Notes under the pieces: model-generated
The model's input: the letters and a program-made list of their open reading frames with translations, nothing else
Database searches by the model: none
What the model was told of the DNA's origin: nothing
Made by a program: the position numbers and the translations under genes
In this document: positions 36,754-45,584 of the stretch, one piece after another
How the letters are laid out: every line of letters begins with the position of its first letter
Numbering within the stretch: the stretch's first letter is position 1
Sequence record: phage_1
Direction: 5' to 3' (one strand)
DNA length: 64,000 nt

Positions 36754-37752
36754 ATGAAAACTGTGGCTAAATTGTTCCGCAGCAGCATTCGCTCTGCCGA
36801 GTTCCAAAATAACGTCGGTACCGATACTGTACGAGCACGCCGCCTAAAAGAGTTTCTAAAGGACGAGACTTATTCTGTTTACGTGGTACGGAATAAAGAA
36901 ACCTGGGAGGGTTATTTAGTGGCCACCTATCGACACGGTGACCCTACACTAACCTGTCACTATTTTGAGGAGTTTGTACCTGGGGCATTCGATAAAGTTG
37001 GTTTAGCCCTTGTGCTCGACCACACAGGCTTCGAATATATGTCGTGCCCGGCACCTACTGGCGATGTTGAACAAAAACTGGTCGAAAAAGGGTTTGTTCT
37101 TTCAGATATCGTCTGGGCATGTCATTCTAAACTGTTTGATAAAGTAATAACTGCATCGGAAATCAAGATTATTTCTGGTGACGCATACGCAGAACTTTCC
37201 AAGGACGACAAAGACGTTATCCTGAATCTGGTCAGTGGTGCAATTTGCGAAGAGCTAGAGTACGATGTGCGCGGCCACTATACGCACATTGGTCCGTTAG
37301 CAGAAACAGTAATAGCAAGAATTCAGCACGCTAATGTGGAAACCGCGATTNGGCNNNACGGGCGTGATATCGTCGGCATTGCCCAAATGCGTTTGGTCGC
37401 GCCAGGCGTCGTTGAACTTTCTGGCTTGACGGTTGCACCTACGCATCGTAAACGTGGCATTGGTCGCCGGTTAATGGGCGCGCTATTCGATTTCGCACAA
37501 CGTCACTCCGACCAAGTCTATATTGAAACAGCTGCTGATAATAATCCGGCAAATCATCTGTATGGCAACATTCTGCGTTGCAAACAGGTACTGCGTACGC
37601 TAACGTTGAAACGCGACCCNGAGCTTATNAGNTGGAAANGNGNAAAAGGGAACCGCGCCGACCGAGTGCTGAAAGAAGAACCTNGCCTCCCGGTGGAGAC
37701 CAACCCCAGACCAACGATTAATGACATGTTTCAATCTGGCATGAGAGGATAG
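36754..37752 (+). CDS. GNAT acetyltransferase (C-terminal canonical, N-terminal degenerate domain)
   Basis: LTVAPTHRKRGIGRRLM, NNPANHLY; N-half has KLVEKGF motif-B-like segment; start revised to ATG 36754. Confidence 0.75.
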   Translation: MKTVAKLFRSSIRSAEFQNNVGTDTVRARRLKEFLKDETYSVYVVRNKETWEGYLVATYRHGDPTLTCHYFEEFVPGAFDKVGLALVLDHTGFEYMSCPAPTGDVEQKLVEKGFVLSDIVWACHSKLFDKVITASEIKIISGDAYAELSKDDKDVILNLVSGAICEELEYDVRGHYTHIGPLAETVIARIQHANVETAIXXXGRDIVGIAQMRLVAPGVVELSGLTVAPTHRKRGIGRRLMGALFDFAQRHSDQVYIETAADNNPANHLYGNILRCKQVLRTLTLKRDXELXXWKXXKGNRADRVLKEEPXLPVETNPRPTINDMFQSGMRG

Positions 37753-37758
37753 TAACGG

Positions 37759-38577
37759 ATGATAAGACCAATTTTAAAATGGATGGGTGGTAAGAGTCGT
37801 GTACTGTCCGAGCTTCTACAGGTGCTTCCGGATGCTGAGTATTTCGTTGAACCGTTTGTGGGTGCAGGGTCAGTGTTTTTAAACACTAAATACCCGAACT
37901 ATATTCTCGGCGNCACGAACCCGGACTTAATCGAGTTACTAACCATGGCGCGCGATCGTCCGGAAGCATTGATACTGGAAGCAAAGGCGCTCTTTGCAAA
38001 TGGGCTGGACCGCGGTCTGTACATGAAACGGNGNGNNGAAAAAAACAANGAGACAACCNCGGGGAAACCTAATNTCCAGCGCGCTGCGATGTTCCTGTAT
38101 CTTACACGTCATGGTTACAACGGCTTGTGCAGATACAATCAGTCGGGTGGGTTTAACGTNCCCTATGGTCAACATCCGAACGGTGTCTATTTCCCTGAAG
38201 AGGAAATTCTGGCGTGGGCAAAACGTTGTTCGGAAACTAACGTNGAGCNGCTCTGCGCCGACTTCCGCGACATCCTAAATAAGTGCCCATCTAACGCAGT
38301 GATATACGCTGACCCGCCATACATCCCACTTTCGGATACGGCTAAACATGCGCAGTATCACAGCAAGGAATTTTCACAAGCTGACCACCGCGAGTTAGCG
38401 AAACTTTTAAAACAACAAGCTGCCGATGGCAATAAGGTCGTTCTGTCAAACGCAGATACGTTACTCACACGTGACATCTACTACGGTTTTACCTGGCGTG
38501 AAGTTCAGGTGGGCCGATATATGTCCGCCGATGCGAATAAACGTAAAGCGGTGACAGAGCTAATCGGCACCTTATAA
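37759..38577 (+). CDS. dam: DNA adenine methyltransferase (Dam family)
   Basis: RPILKWMGGKS, EPFVGAGSVF, GYNGLCRYNQSGGFN, YADPPY. Confidence 0.92.
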   Translation: MIRPILKWMGGKSRVLSELLQVLPDAEYFVEPFVGAGSVFLNTKYPNYILGXTNPDLIELLTMARDRPEALILEAKALFANGLDRGLYMKRXXEKNXETTXGKPNXQRAAMFLYLTRHGYNGLCRYNQSGGFNXPYGQHPNGVYFPEEEILAWAKRCSETNXEXLCADFRDILNKCPSNAVIYADPPYIPLSDTAKHAQYHSKEFSQADHRELAKLLKQQAADGNKVVLSNADTLLTRDIYYGFTWREVQVGRYMSADANKRKAVTELIGTL

Positions 38578-38586
38578 GGTACCAAC

Positions 38587-39390
38587 ATGCAACTATTTAA
38601 TCTATACGGTATGGACAAAAATGACCTGACCGTAGAGTTTAGTGGTCGATTGACCACCTTGGGGCAACTCCGTGAACGGATTCAAGATTTGCGACCCGTC
38701 GCAGACCAAGAAGATGATCATTGGTTAGTGTTGAGCAATAGCGGTCGTGCGCAAATGTATTTTCGTGGATGTCGTTCAGGTATTGTTTACTACATCTACG
38801 AGTTGCACGTGCTTTCCGAGCCCCTGTTCCACGAGTGGAAGCGTTTAACGCGACTCCTGGAAGTGCAGATGCTTGATATTACCTGTTTTCCGCATGACAC
38901 CGAACATGCGGCATTGTACCAACGTCTGGGGTTCGAAGCTGTAACGAAGCGTGTGGAGATTACTGTCAGTCCGAAATACGGTTTTACGTCAGACCCATCG
39001 GTTGTCCCGTTGGAGACATTGTCATTAGAACAAACCCAAGATGTTTGCTATCTAATGCGACCCNCNCTAAAAGACGCAGGAACGCGTGAGATGTTGGGTG
39101 AATTAGCAAATGGTTTTGTCTCTGCGTTCGTGGGGTTGCGCGGTCAGAAACCGTTTTCATTAATGCTTTATAAGGAGTTCCCGAAGAGCATCATTACTGA
39201 GCAATTCTGCTGCCAAACTTTTGACCCGATTGCCTACTCGGTAGAGTTTCTAAAACACCACCACGCCATTTTGCATTTGGCGGGACAGAAAGGTAAGAAG
39301 GTCAACATGGGTGTTGCGATAGAGCACGAGTTTCCTTCTATCGAAGGGTTAGAGTATCGTGTAATCACGCATCACTACACCCTTGCGTAA
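38587..39390 (+). CDS. Divergent tandem GNAT-fold protein
   Basis: YIYELHV strand and HAALYQRLGFE motif B; acetyl-CoA motif A not canonical. Confidence 0.5.
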   Translation: MQLFNLYGMDKNDLTVEFSGRLTTLGQLRERIQDLRPVADQEDDHWLVLSNSGRAQMYFRGCRSGIVYYIYELHVLSEPLFHEWKRLTRLLEVQMLDITCFPHDTEHAALYQRLGFEAVTKRVEITVSPKYGFTSDPSVVPLETLSLEQTQDVCYLMRPXLKDAGTREMLGELANGFVSAFVGLRGQKPFSLMLYKEFPKSIITEQFCCQTFDPIAYSVEFLKHHHAILHLAGQKGKKVNMGVAIEHEFPSIEGLEYRVITHHYTLA

Positions 39391-39399
39391 GGAGAGAAT

Positions 39400-40212
39400 A
39401 TGCTGAGAGTTATCGAACGCACGGAGAGGATTCTGGACCGAACGTGGTTGGAAGACCGTAAAGCGTTATCGTTGTTAAATGATATCGATCCTTCCACGTT
39501 ACAAGATGAACGTCGTCTTTACTACCGAATCTTTGAAGTGTTCAGTCGGGACACAGTTGCGCCTGATGCGATTGTGCTCTGTCTGGACCACGGATACATG
39601 TTAGAAGTTATCAACATGGTTCGTGCTTTAGACGCCCAGTTAACCTCGCTTGCGGATGCTTTACTCCGCTCGGCGGGGTGTAACTACGCGATGCATTTTA
39701 CTCGTTCGGAAGGGGACGAATATGCTCGCATGGGCTTTTGTTGCGAAACGATAAACTACCGCAAAATTAATACATCGGTGCCTAGCCACGATGAGGATTT
39801 CTGTGGGGATGTCAGTTCGTTGTTCGATAGTAAGAAAGCGTTCTTGGATTGGGTTAGAATGCTTTACGGTACAAGCTCTATCTACTCAACGCTCGTTATG
39901 GGTGGGAGGCTGATGTCGTGGCGGAACGCCGATAGCTACAAGTTGACAGTGCTCTCACATCGTGGACAACGCTGGGTTATTGGTGGATGGTTTACCGCAG
40001 AAGGGGTGGTTACCCTAAGCCGTGAGGAGTTCGGACTGTTGATGCATTGTATCCAATCCGAATTACCGGTGGGGGATGAATTAGTTTACACTTACCACCA
40101 ATATACTGGGGGACCAGCCGCAATGTGGTTATTAGAAAACGGTTGGCTACCCGAAAGTTATGTGTACGGACGTGCCCTGAAAACTACTAATGGAGAAAAT
40201 AATGCAAATTAA
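39400..40212 (+). CDS. Hypothetical, possibly very divergent tandem GNAT-fold protein
   Basis: EYARMGF and WLLENGW motif-B-like segments ending each half; similar size to neighbour. Confidence 0.4.
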   Translation: MLRVIERTERILDRTWLEDRKALSLLNDIDPSTLQDERRLYYRIFEVFSRDTVAPDAIVLCLDHGYMLEVINMVRALDAQLTSLADALLRSAGCNYAMHFTRSEGDEYARMGFCCETINYRKINTSVPSHDEDFCGDVSSLFDSKKAFLDWVRMLYGTSSIYSTLVMGGRLMSWRNADSYKLTVLSHRGQRWVIGGWFTAEGVVTLSREEFGLLMHCIQSELPVGDELVYTYHQYTGGPAAMWLLENGWLPESYVYGRALKTTNGENNAN

Positions 40213-40480
40213 TCGTACAGTGTCGAAGTCTAAAGAAGTCGTTTACAACGTTGAGGACGGCGACGTAATGCAGTTCCGTGCCGTTATTGACGAACAGCAC
40301 GTACTCCAAGTTGTTTATTCGAAAGAAGAGATGACTCGTGCACATAGTCGCGTGTTGGAAAAGCTCGTCGCGAAAGCCAAACAACGCGACGGCATTAAAT
40401 CCTACAACGTTATGTACGGTTATCAGTTACGTGAGGTGGAAGGGGAGCTGTTAATCACCCCTGTTCCGGTAACGGCGTAA
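40202..40480 (+). CDS. Hypothetical protein
   Basis: Start revised to ATG 40202 after GGAG. Confidence 0.55.
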   Translation: MQINRTVSKSKEVVYNVEDGDVMQFRAVIDEQHVLQVVYSKEEMTRAHSRVLEKLVAKAKQRDGIKSYNVMYGYQLREVEGELLITPVPVTA

Positions 40481-40520
40481 TTCGCCATTGTATGACCCTT
40501 AAACACCGTTGAGGTTAACT

Positions 40521-41003
40521 ATGGATATGATCGAATTAGGTCAGCTCCCTCAGCACGATTTCGATTTAGGCGTGCGTCATGAGGAAGGGGCCGACGCGAA
40601 CACACTAATGGCCCGCTACTACGAGCTACTGACCGGTCAACCGTTGGACGATGAACACATCAACCGTTTTGAAAAACTGTTGGCACAACTCATCACCTCT
40701 AACGCAGAACGCATTGGCATGTTGAACGAAATGAACTTTGCCGATGTAGAGCCATCAGACGCTCAGAAGATTCTTATCGATGGTCCTGTGCCAAGCGATG
40801 AAGTACAAGACCTTCTGGCAGGTATCCGTGCAGGCTTCGATGAAGCTGCTGAGAAATACGCGGAAGAGCTGGCAGATGTCGATTTGGCTGCGCCGGTTGA
40901 CCCGAATCCGTCTGCAGAGGAGACGGCAGCTGCGAAATTGAAACTCGCACGCTTTATCTGTGCTGCTGTCCTGACAGACGACCGCGAAGAAAACCAACTG
41001 TAA
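40521..41003 (+). CDS. Acidic hypothetical protein
   Basis: Start revised to ATG 40521 after GAGG; TATGAC upstream. Confidence 0.6.
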   Translation: MDMIELGQLPQHDFDLGVRHEEGADANTLMARYYELLTGQPLDDEHINRFEKLLAQLITSNAERIGMLNEMNFADVEPSDAQKILIDGPVPSDEVQDLLAGIRAGFDEAAEKYAEELADVDLAAPVDPNPSAEETAAAKLKLARFICAAVLTDDREENQL

Positions 41004-41008
41004 GGTTT

Positions 41009-41046
41009 GCCTCCTTGCCCACGGGTAAGGAGGTCCCTTTTTATTT
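41009..41046 (+). terminator. Rho-independent terminator
   Basis: CCTCCTTGCC/GGTAAGGAGG stem plus T tract. Confidence 0.65.
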
Positions 41047-41099
41047 ACATCAGTCCACTAACTTATGTGAAACAACCCACGTAAAGAGGAATTAAGAGA

Positions 41100-41417
41100 A
41101 TGTGGTTAAGTGCTATTCATCGTGACCTGCCGAAACGTAAAGTAACTATTAATGTCGATGCGGAACCGATTGAAGTCGGTATGGCTAAGTTCGATCGTAT
41201 GGAAGAAGGTCAGTTCGTCGTTGTGGATAATGATGAAAACGAATTCATGTTATTCCATCCCGAAGTTGATGCGTCTGAAATCCGCGAGGGTTCTATCTTG
41301 TTTTCTTGGCAAGACAAAGAAACTAAACAGTGGATGTGGTGCGTTGCTAACACAACCAATGAAAAAGGTACCGCGTATGCCCCAGGACAGCTTCATGTCG
41401 AACCTAAACCCCATTGA
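41100..41417 (+). CDS. Hypothetical protein
   Basis: 105 aa, RBS GAGGA. Confidence 0.6.
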   Translation: MWLSAIHRDLPKRKVTINVDAEPIEVGMAKFDRMEEGQFVVVDNDENEFMLFHPEVDASEIREGSILFSWQDKETKQWMWCVANTTNEKGTAYAPGQLHVEPKPH

Positions 41418-41709
41418 GCCCACGCTGACGCACCAGGAACTGCACGTCCGTTTTATTCGGGCGTTCACACCCCCGTTAGGTGGTGAGGTACACGATCGTT
41501 CCGTGGTTGCAGAAGTTAAAGGTATCGGCGAAGAACTAATGACACTGTCTAATATTGTGACGGGTGTTGAGTTCACGTTACCGTTAAACGTATTTCGGTT
41601 TATTCCGCGCGTAAACGAAACGCTGCTCATCGACCGTGTACATCATCGGATTATGGCGCAGGTACATCCTAGCCGTAAAGAGTATGTGCGCTTAGAGATG
41701 ATGGTCTAA
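41377..41709 (+). CDS. Hypothetical protein
   Basis: C-terminal part of ORF 41152..41709; start uncertain (41377 or 41395). Confidence 0.5.
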   Translation: MPQDSFMSNLNPIEPTLTHQELHVRFIRAFTPPLGGEVHDRSVVAEVKGIGEELMTLSNIVTGVEFTLPLNVFRFIPRVNETLLIDRVHHRIMAQVHPSRKEYVRLEMMV

Positions 41710-41717
41710 CGCACGAC

Positions 41718-41744
41718 TTTTCAGATAGATGTTATTTTACTGAA
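41718..41744 (+). promoter_or_regulatory. Promoter-like motif, class II
   Basis: TTTTCAGATAGATGTTATTTTACTGAA. Confidence 0.6.
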
Positions 41745-41771
41745 CCTAACTGTAAAGAAAGGAAAAAGTAG

Positions 41772-42077
41772 ATGGCTAAACAATACACAATTGTCAAACG
41801 TGCAGGTACGACTCTGCTGTACGTGGAGAAAGGTTGTGAGAACACTGCAACCGCCAAGAAACTGAATCTGCAAGGGTTTCTGTATCAAGGTCTCCGCGCG
41901 GGTTTGACCATCACTTTTAAAGGCTTACCACAGGCGAAGAATCTGCGCGTCGTACGTGCAGACGGTGTAGAGCGTGCCTTGGTAGCCGACACCCCGGTTG
42001 ATACTATCCCTGCCACTAAGAAGGCAGCGAAAGCAACCAAGAAAGTCGTCGATAAACGCAAACGCGTTGTCGCTTAA
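41772..42077 (+). CDS. Basic hypothetical protein with Lys/Ala-rich tail
   Basis: 101 aa; ends ATKKAAKATKKVVDKRKRVVA; RBS AAGGA. Confidence 0.6.
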   Translation: MAKQYTIVKRAGTTLLYVEKGCENTATAKKLNLQGFLYQGLRAGLTITFKGLPQAKNLRVVRADGVERALVADTPVDTIPATKKAAKATKKVVDKRKRVVA

Positions 42078-42083
42078 GTAGTC

Positions 42084-42122
42084 CCCTACCTAACTTCGGT
42101 TAGGTAGGGTTCTTTTTATTTT
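42084..42122 (+). terminator. Rho-independent terminator
   Basis: CCCTACCTAAC-TTCG-GTTAGGTAGGG plus T tract. Confidence 0.85.
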
Positions 42123-42143
42123 TAACCCTCTGGGGGATATACC

Positions 42144-42596
42144 ATGTTTCAATGTTCAGTCGTCAATGATGCGGAATTGGCCGTGTACAAGCAGCGCACA
42201 ATCCGGGCGCTGGATGCTGAAAAACCAGTCGATCTTAAAACGCGTGCAATCATTAGGGCATTTAGCGAATGGCCGAACATCGCAACCGTTTGGGCATTCA
42301 CGGGAGAAGTTCGCAAAGACGGAGACAAGCTTCGTACACGTAGACACCACAGCTTAACATTTGTGGCAACCGTGGCGGGTCTTAAAGACATTAACCATTT
42401 ATTAGAAGGATGGCAGCCGCACGAGTACGGGAAACGTTTTCAGTTAAACTTTACTTGGCTGCGTCAAGAAGGCAATGCGAATCTCTGTTATCCAAGCTGG
42501 ACGTTTAGACTCAACTATCGACCCGACCCAGATGTGATGGAAAGTGTGATGGAGCACTGGCTCGCACTCGCAATTTTTACAGAACACAACCATTAA
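42144..42596 (+). CDS. Hypothetical protein, probable paralog of next gene
   Basis: VDLKTRAIIRAFSEWPNIATVWAFTGE aligns by eye with next ORF. Confidence 0.55.
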   Translation: MFQCSVVNDAELAVYKQRTIRALDAEKPVDLKTRAIIRAFSEWPNIATVWAFTGEVRKDGDKLRTRRHHSLTFVATVAGLKDINHLLEGWQPHEYGKRFQLNFTWLRQEGNANLCYPSWTFRLNYRPDPDVMESVMEHWLALAIFTEHNH

Positions 42597-42624
42597 ATGA
42601 AGACAACCTTAAGGAGAATTAAAG

Positions 42625-43095
42625 ATGCCAGTTTTATACGGCGGCGTGGACCTGGATGTTCTGGGTCGGTTTAAACTACGAACGTCTAAGGCGCTCGTAA
42701 ACGGTTGGGTTGAGAAAGGCGTACGGGATGCGTGTGAGGTCATTTGTAGTTATCCTGGTGCCACGACAATGTGGTCGTGTCACGGACACGGACCGTATTC
42801 TAAAAAGAACACACCGGGGGAATTTCATGTGGTGTTCGTTCTTGGCATCGGCTTTGAACACAAAGCACATGAGCTTGTCGCTGAGTTAATGAAAGCGGAT
42901 ATTCCGCCACTGTGGGATTTGTGCATGGCGAGACTCTTGTACCCTGATGAGGATTTCGTCTACGACCTCAGCGAGATCACCCTAAAGAACACGTATAACG
43001 CATGGAAAATAACGTATCGGCATCTGCATACCGAACAAACTCTTCGCGAAATTCGTAAAGTATTCCACACTGTCTGTAAAAAGGTTTTTAAGTAA
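42625..43095 (+). CDS. Hypothetical protein with TYW3-like T-x-x-S-C-x-G-H motif
   Basis: VEKGVRDACEVICSYPGATTMWSCHGH. Confidence 0.5.
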   Translation: MPVLYGGVDLDVLGRFKLRTSKALVNGWVEKGVRDACEVICSYPGATTMWSCHGHGPYSKKNTPGEFHVVFVLGIGFEHKAHELVAELMKADIPPLWDLCMARLLYPDEDFVYDLSEITLKNTYNAWKITYRHLHTEQTLREIRKVFHTVCKKVFK

Positions 43096-43793
43096 TGGCT
43101 AAGCAAAAGAAACCCCGTAACAAAAAGTATAACCCAAAAGCTGCTACAGAGCGTACAGCGCACACCATCGCTGAAAACGCACTGAACCGCATCACCTTTA
43201 TTGGCAGCTCCATTCGCCGCCTCGGCCCGTACGCGGGCCGCGGTTTTCACTTTACAGCAAGTCCACGTATTCGTGCTATCGCCNCAGACATGTTAGTCGG
43301 CGGATTGTTCGACCAACCGCGCCCATGGCACCTGTGGGTGATGCACCTCACCGAACTCGACAGCGGTGAGGTTGTGACTGAATCTGCCGTCGCCACGCTT
43401 GACGATTATACACTGGCTGATTTCTGCGAACATGCCGAAGAGCTGGTTAAATCGCTACGTCCTGAACAGGAAGAAGGGAAATATTTCGGTTATGCGTTTG
43501 TGGCCGCCCCGAACGAGCGGTACGACTTCAAAGCGGAAGAAGACCAACTCATTGAAAACTTCATGCATTCTGGACTACTTGATACGTCGTTACATCTGTC
43601 GGAAGAACAGCAGTTCGTTAGTCGTGCAGATATGGCAAAGTTACTTGTTGGTTATACTCGGAAGTTTGACGTGACCGTTGAACATGTCAAAGAAGTACCA
43701 GAGATTNTNANCNAGAAAGACGAGGTGGTGCTTCCGGTTGACGAGGTTGTCAGTAAAGTAGCGACTGCGATAGGGGCAACGGGGGATTACTGA
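43095..43793 (+). CDS. Hypothetical protein with basic N-terminus
   Basis: 232 aa, MAKQKKPRNKKYNPK. Confidence 0.6.
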   Translation: MAKQKKPRNKKYNPKAATERTAHTIAENALNRITFIGSSIRRLGPYAGRGFHFTASPRIRAIAXDMLVGGLFDQPRPWHLWVMHLTELDSGEVVTESAVATLDDYTLADFCEHAEELVKSLRPEQEEGKYFGYAFVAAPNERYDFKAEEDQLIENFMHSGLLDTSLHLSEEQQFVSRADMAKLLVGYTRKFDVTVEHVKEVPEIXXXKDEVVLPVDEVVSKVATAIGATGDY

Positions 43794-44002
43794 TGAATCT
43801 ACGTTGGCCGATCGTGGCTGCTGTGTTGTTTTGTATTTATATCGCCATCAGCACCAGTACCCGCACTGCAGAACGTCGCGAGACCGCAACCAGTACGTTC
43901 AGAATGTGCATTGACCGCGTAGACCCGAACAGTACCACTTATCCTGACGCGGTGAATGCGTGCCGTAAAGCAGTTGCTGAGATATTGAAAGAGGAAAATT
44001 AA
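43793..44002 (+). CDS. Small single-pass membrane protein
   Basis: WPIVAAVLFCIYIAIS TM helix; Cys pair in C-terminal part. Confidence 0.65.
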   Translation: MNLRWPIVAAVLFCIYIAISTSTRTAERRETATSTFRMCIDRVDPNSTTYPDAVNACRKAVAEILKEEN

Positions 44003-44229
44003 TGGAAAACCTCACGCCGGTTGAGATAGTGGCGCTATTCGATCGTTACGTATATGGACAAACGCAGGCAAAGAAAATGNTGGCGATTGCGCTACGTAAT
44101 CGATACCGTGCCAATAAACTTAACGTAGTGGACCGTATGTCGGTCCACAAACAGAACCTTTTAATAGAAGGTCCAACAGGCACGGGTAANNCNNAGTTGA
44201 TGCGTGAAGAAAAACAGAAACAAAAGTGA
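44002..44229 (+). pseudogene. hslU: Truncated HslU (ClpY) ATPase, N-terminal 75 aa only
   Basis: LTPVEIVALFDRYVYGQTQAKKMxAIALRNRYR...KQNLLIEGPTGTG matches the HslU N-terminus; stops just after Walker A. Confidence 0.8.
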
Positions 44230-44237
44230 GGTAAAGG

Positions 44238-45245
44238 ATGACGAAGCTCGTTTCGTTTTCAGCAGGGTTGGATTCCACCTGGATAATGTATCAGCTGCTA
44301 TGCAAAGCACCGGCCAATGAAGCACGACATGTCCGTCCTGCGTATTTCTCCATGTGGAATGGAGGTAACGCGAACTTCATGGAAATTCTTTGTAGCGTGG
44401 CCATTGTTGAACGGTTGATGGATAGACACCATGCACAAACCGATCATGTTACATGGGCGGTGCTCGGGGAAGAGAACTTCCCGCCTGTCGTTACCGCTGG
44501 ATATGCTAACGGCTGGTCGCCTCTGGTTCAGCAGGGCAATGTTGTTAATGGTCTCGCTAAACTGATGTGTGGTATTACGCGCAAACAGCACCACGCCTAT
44601 GCAGTTGTTGGTTGGAATAAGCTAGATGCGTTGGAGAATAGTCTAGAGCTGGGAGATTGGACATTAGACGAGTACGCTCGCTTAAAGAACCTCTATAGCG
44701 AATTGATGTATTTCCAAGATCATGCCGGTCGCGTTCCACCGCTTCTAACACCTGCGTGGGATAAAGAGAAACTGGAAATGTGGCAGGAGTTGCCGGAAGA
44801 TGTTCGTAGGTTGGTACAGGTCAGTAACTACAACAACTACGAATTCGCGATAGACCGTGGGAATAACGTGCTCATCGTTTATGCCAATCCGTCAGCAAAG
44901 TCGCAGAATTATCGTAGTCTTGGTATTACACCGTCAGTGGGATGGGAGATTAAAATCAACGATGCTTACAGACGGGTATGGTGTTCTGCTCTTGGTAGTG
45001 CTATTTCTGCTATGGGTTTGGGCGTACCGGCTTTTGCTAACTTTAAGGACCCGGAAAGAAACCACACGNCCTTTACGGTAAGNGAAGATACTGACCGGTT
45101 ATGCATCACATCGTTTACCGCGGAAGAGTGGTGCGAGTATGCGCCACATTTTAAAGCGCTTCAGGAGAAAGAAAAAGAGANAGNNAAAAATGCCAAAGCA
45201 AGTAAAGCTGNGGACGCCCCAACTGGCGAAGNGGCGGATAGCTGA
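44238..45245 (+). CDS. QueC-like PP-loop ATP pyrophosphatase
   Basis: LVSFSAGLDST; LLTPAWDKEKLE resembles QueC 'TP...K.E'; no C-terminal Zn cysteines. Confidence 0.6.
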   Translation: MTKLVSFSAGLDSTWIMYQLLCKAPANEARHVRPAYFSMWNGGNANFMEILCSVAIVERLMDRHHAQTDHVTWAVLGEENFPPVVTAGYANGWSPLVQQGNVVNGLAKLMCGITRKQHHAYAVVGWNKLDALENSLELGDWTLDEYARLKNLYSELMYFQDHAGRVPPLLTPAWDKEKLEMWQELPEDVRRLVQVSNYNNYEFAIDRGNNVLIVYANPSAKSQNYRSLGITPSVGWEIKINDAYRRVWCSALGSAISAMGLGVPAFANFKDPERNHTXFTVXEDTDRLCITSFTAEEWCEYAPHFKALQEKEKEXXKNAKASKAXDAPTGEXADS

Positions 45246-45573
45246 AAAACGGAATTTGCCAAAGCTGGATATAACGGTTAAGTCGGGGCTGAAATATTTG
45301 GCACCCGACTGGGACTTTCTGATGGACTACAAGAAGTCTGACAAAGGCCCCGACGCAGAAGCTGCGTATACCAAACGCTACCTGCAGAAACTTAGTCGGT
45401 TGTTTGATGAAGACACCGATAAGTTGATAGAGATTCTCCGCCAGGGCGAGGTCGTACTAATGTGTTATTGCCCACCGGGGAAATTCTGTCATCGCCACTT
45501 GCTAGTTTCCTACCTTATTGAAATCGGTGAGTGGTTCGGTTATGAAGTAATTTACATGGGCGAGTTATCGTAA
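45190..45573 (+). CDS. DUF488-like protein
   Basis: LAPDWDFL, Y.KRYLQKL, VVLMCYCPPGKFCHRHLL; start revised to ATG 45190. Confidence 0.65.
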   Translation: MPKQVKLXTPQLAKXRIAEKRNLPKLDITVKSGLKYLAPDWDFLMDYKKSDKGPDAEAAYTKRYLQKLSRLFDEDTDKLIEILRQGEVVLMCYCPPGKFCHRHLLVSYLIEIGEWFGYEVIYMGELS

Positions 45574-45584
45574 GGAGAGTCCTC

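Noticed and set aside
41152-41376. Long N-terminal extension of ORF 41152..41709 fully overlapping 41100..41417
   Set aside because: No SD at 41152; better starts at 41377 or 41395; extension likely incidental
44238-45245. Calling this queC of a 7-deazaguanine DNA modification pathway
   Set aside because: Lacks the QueC Zn-binding cysteines and no partner genes are in the window; kept only as QueC-like
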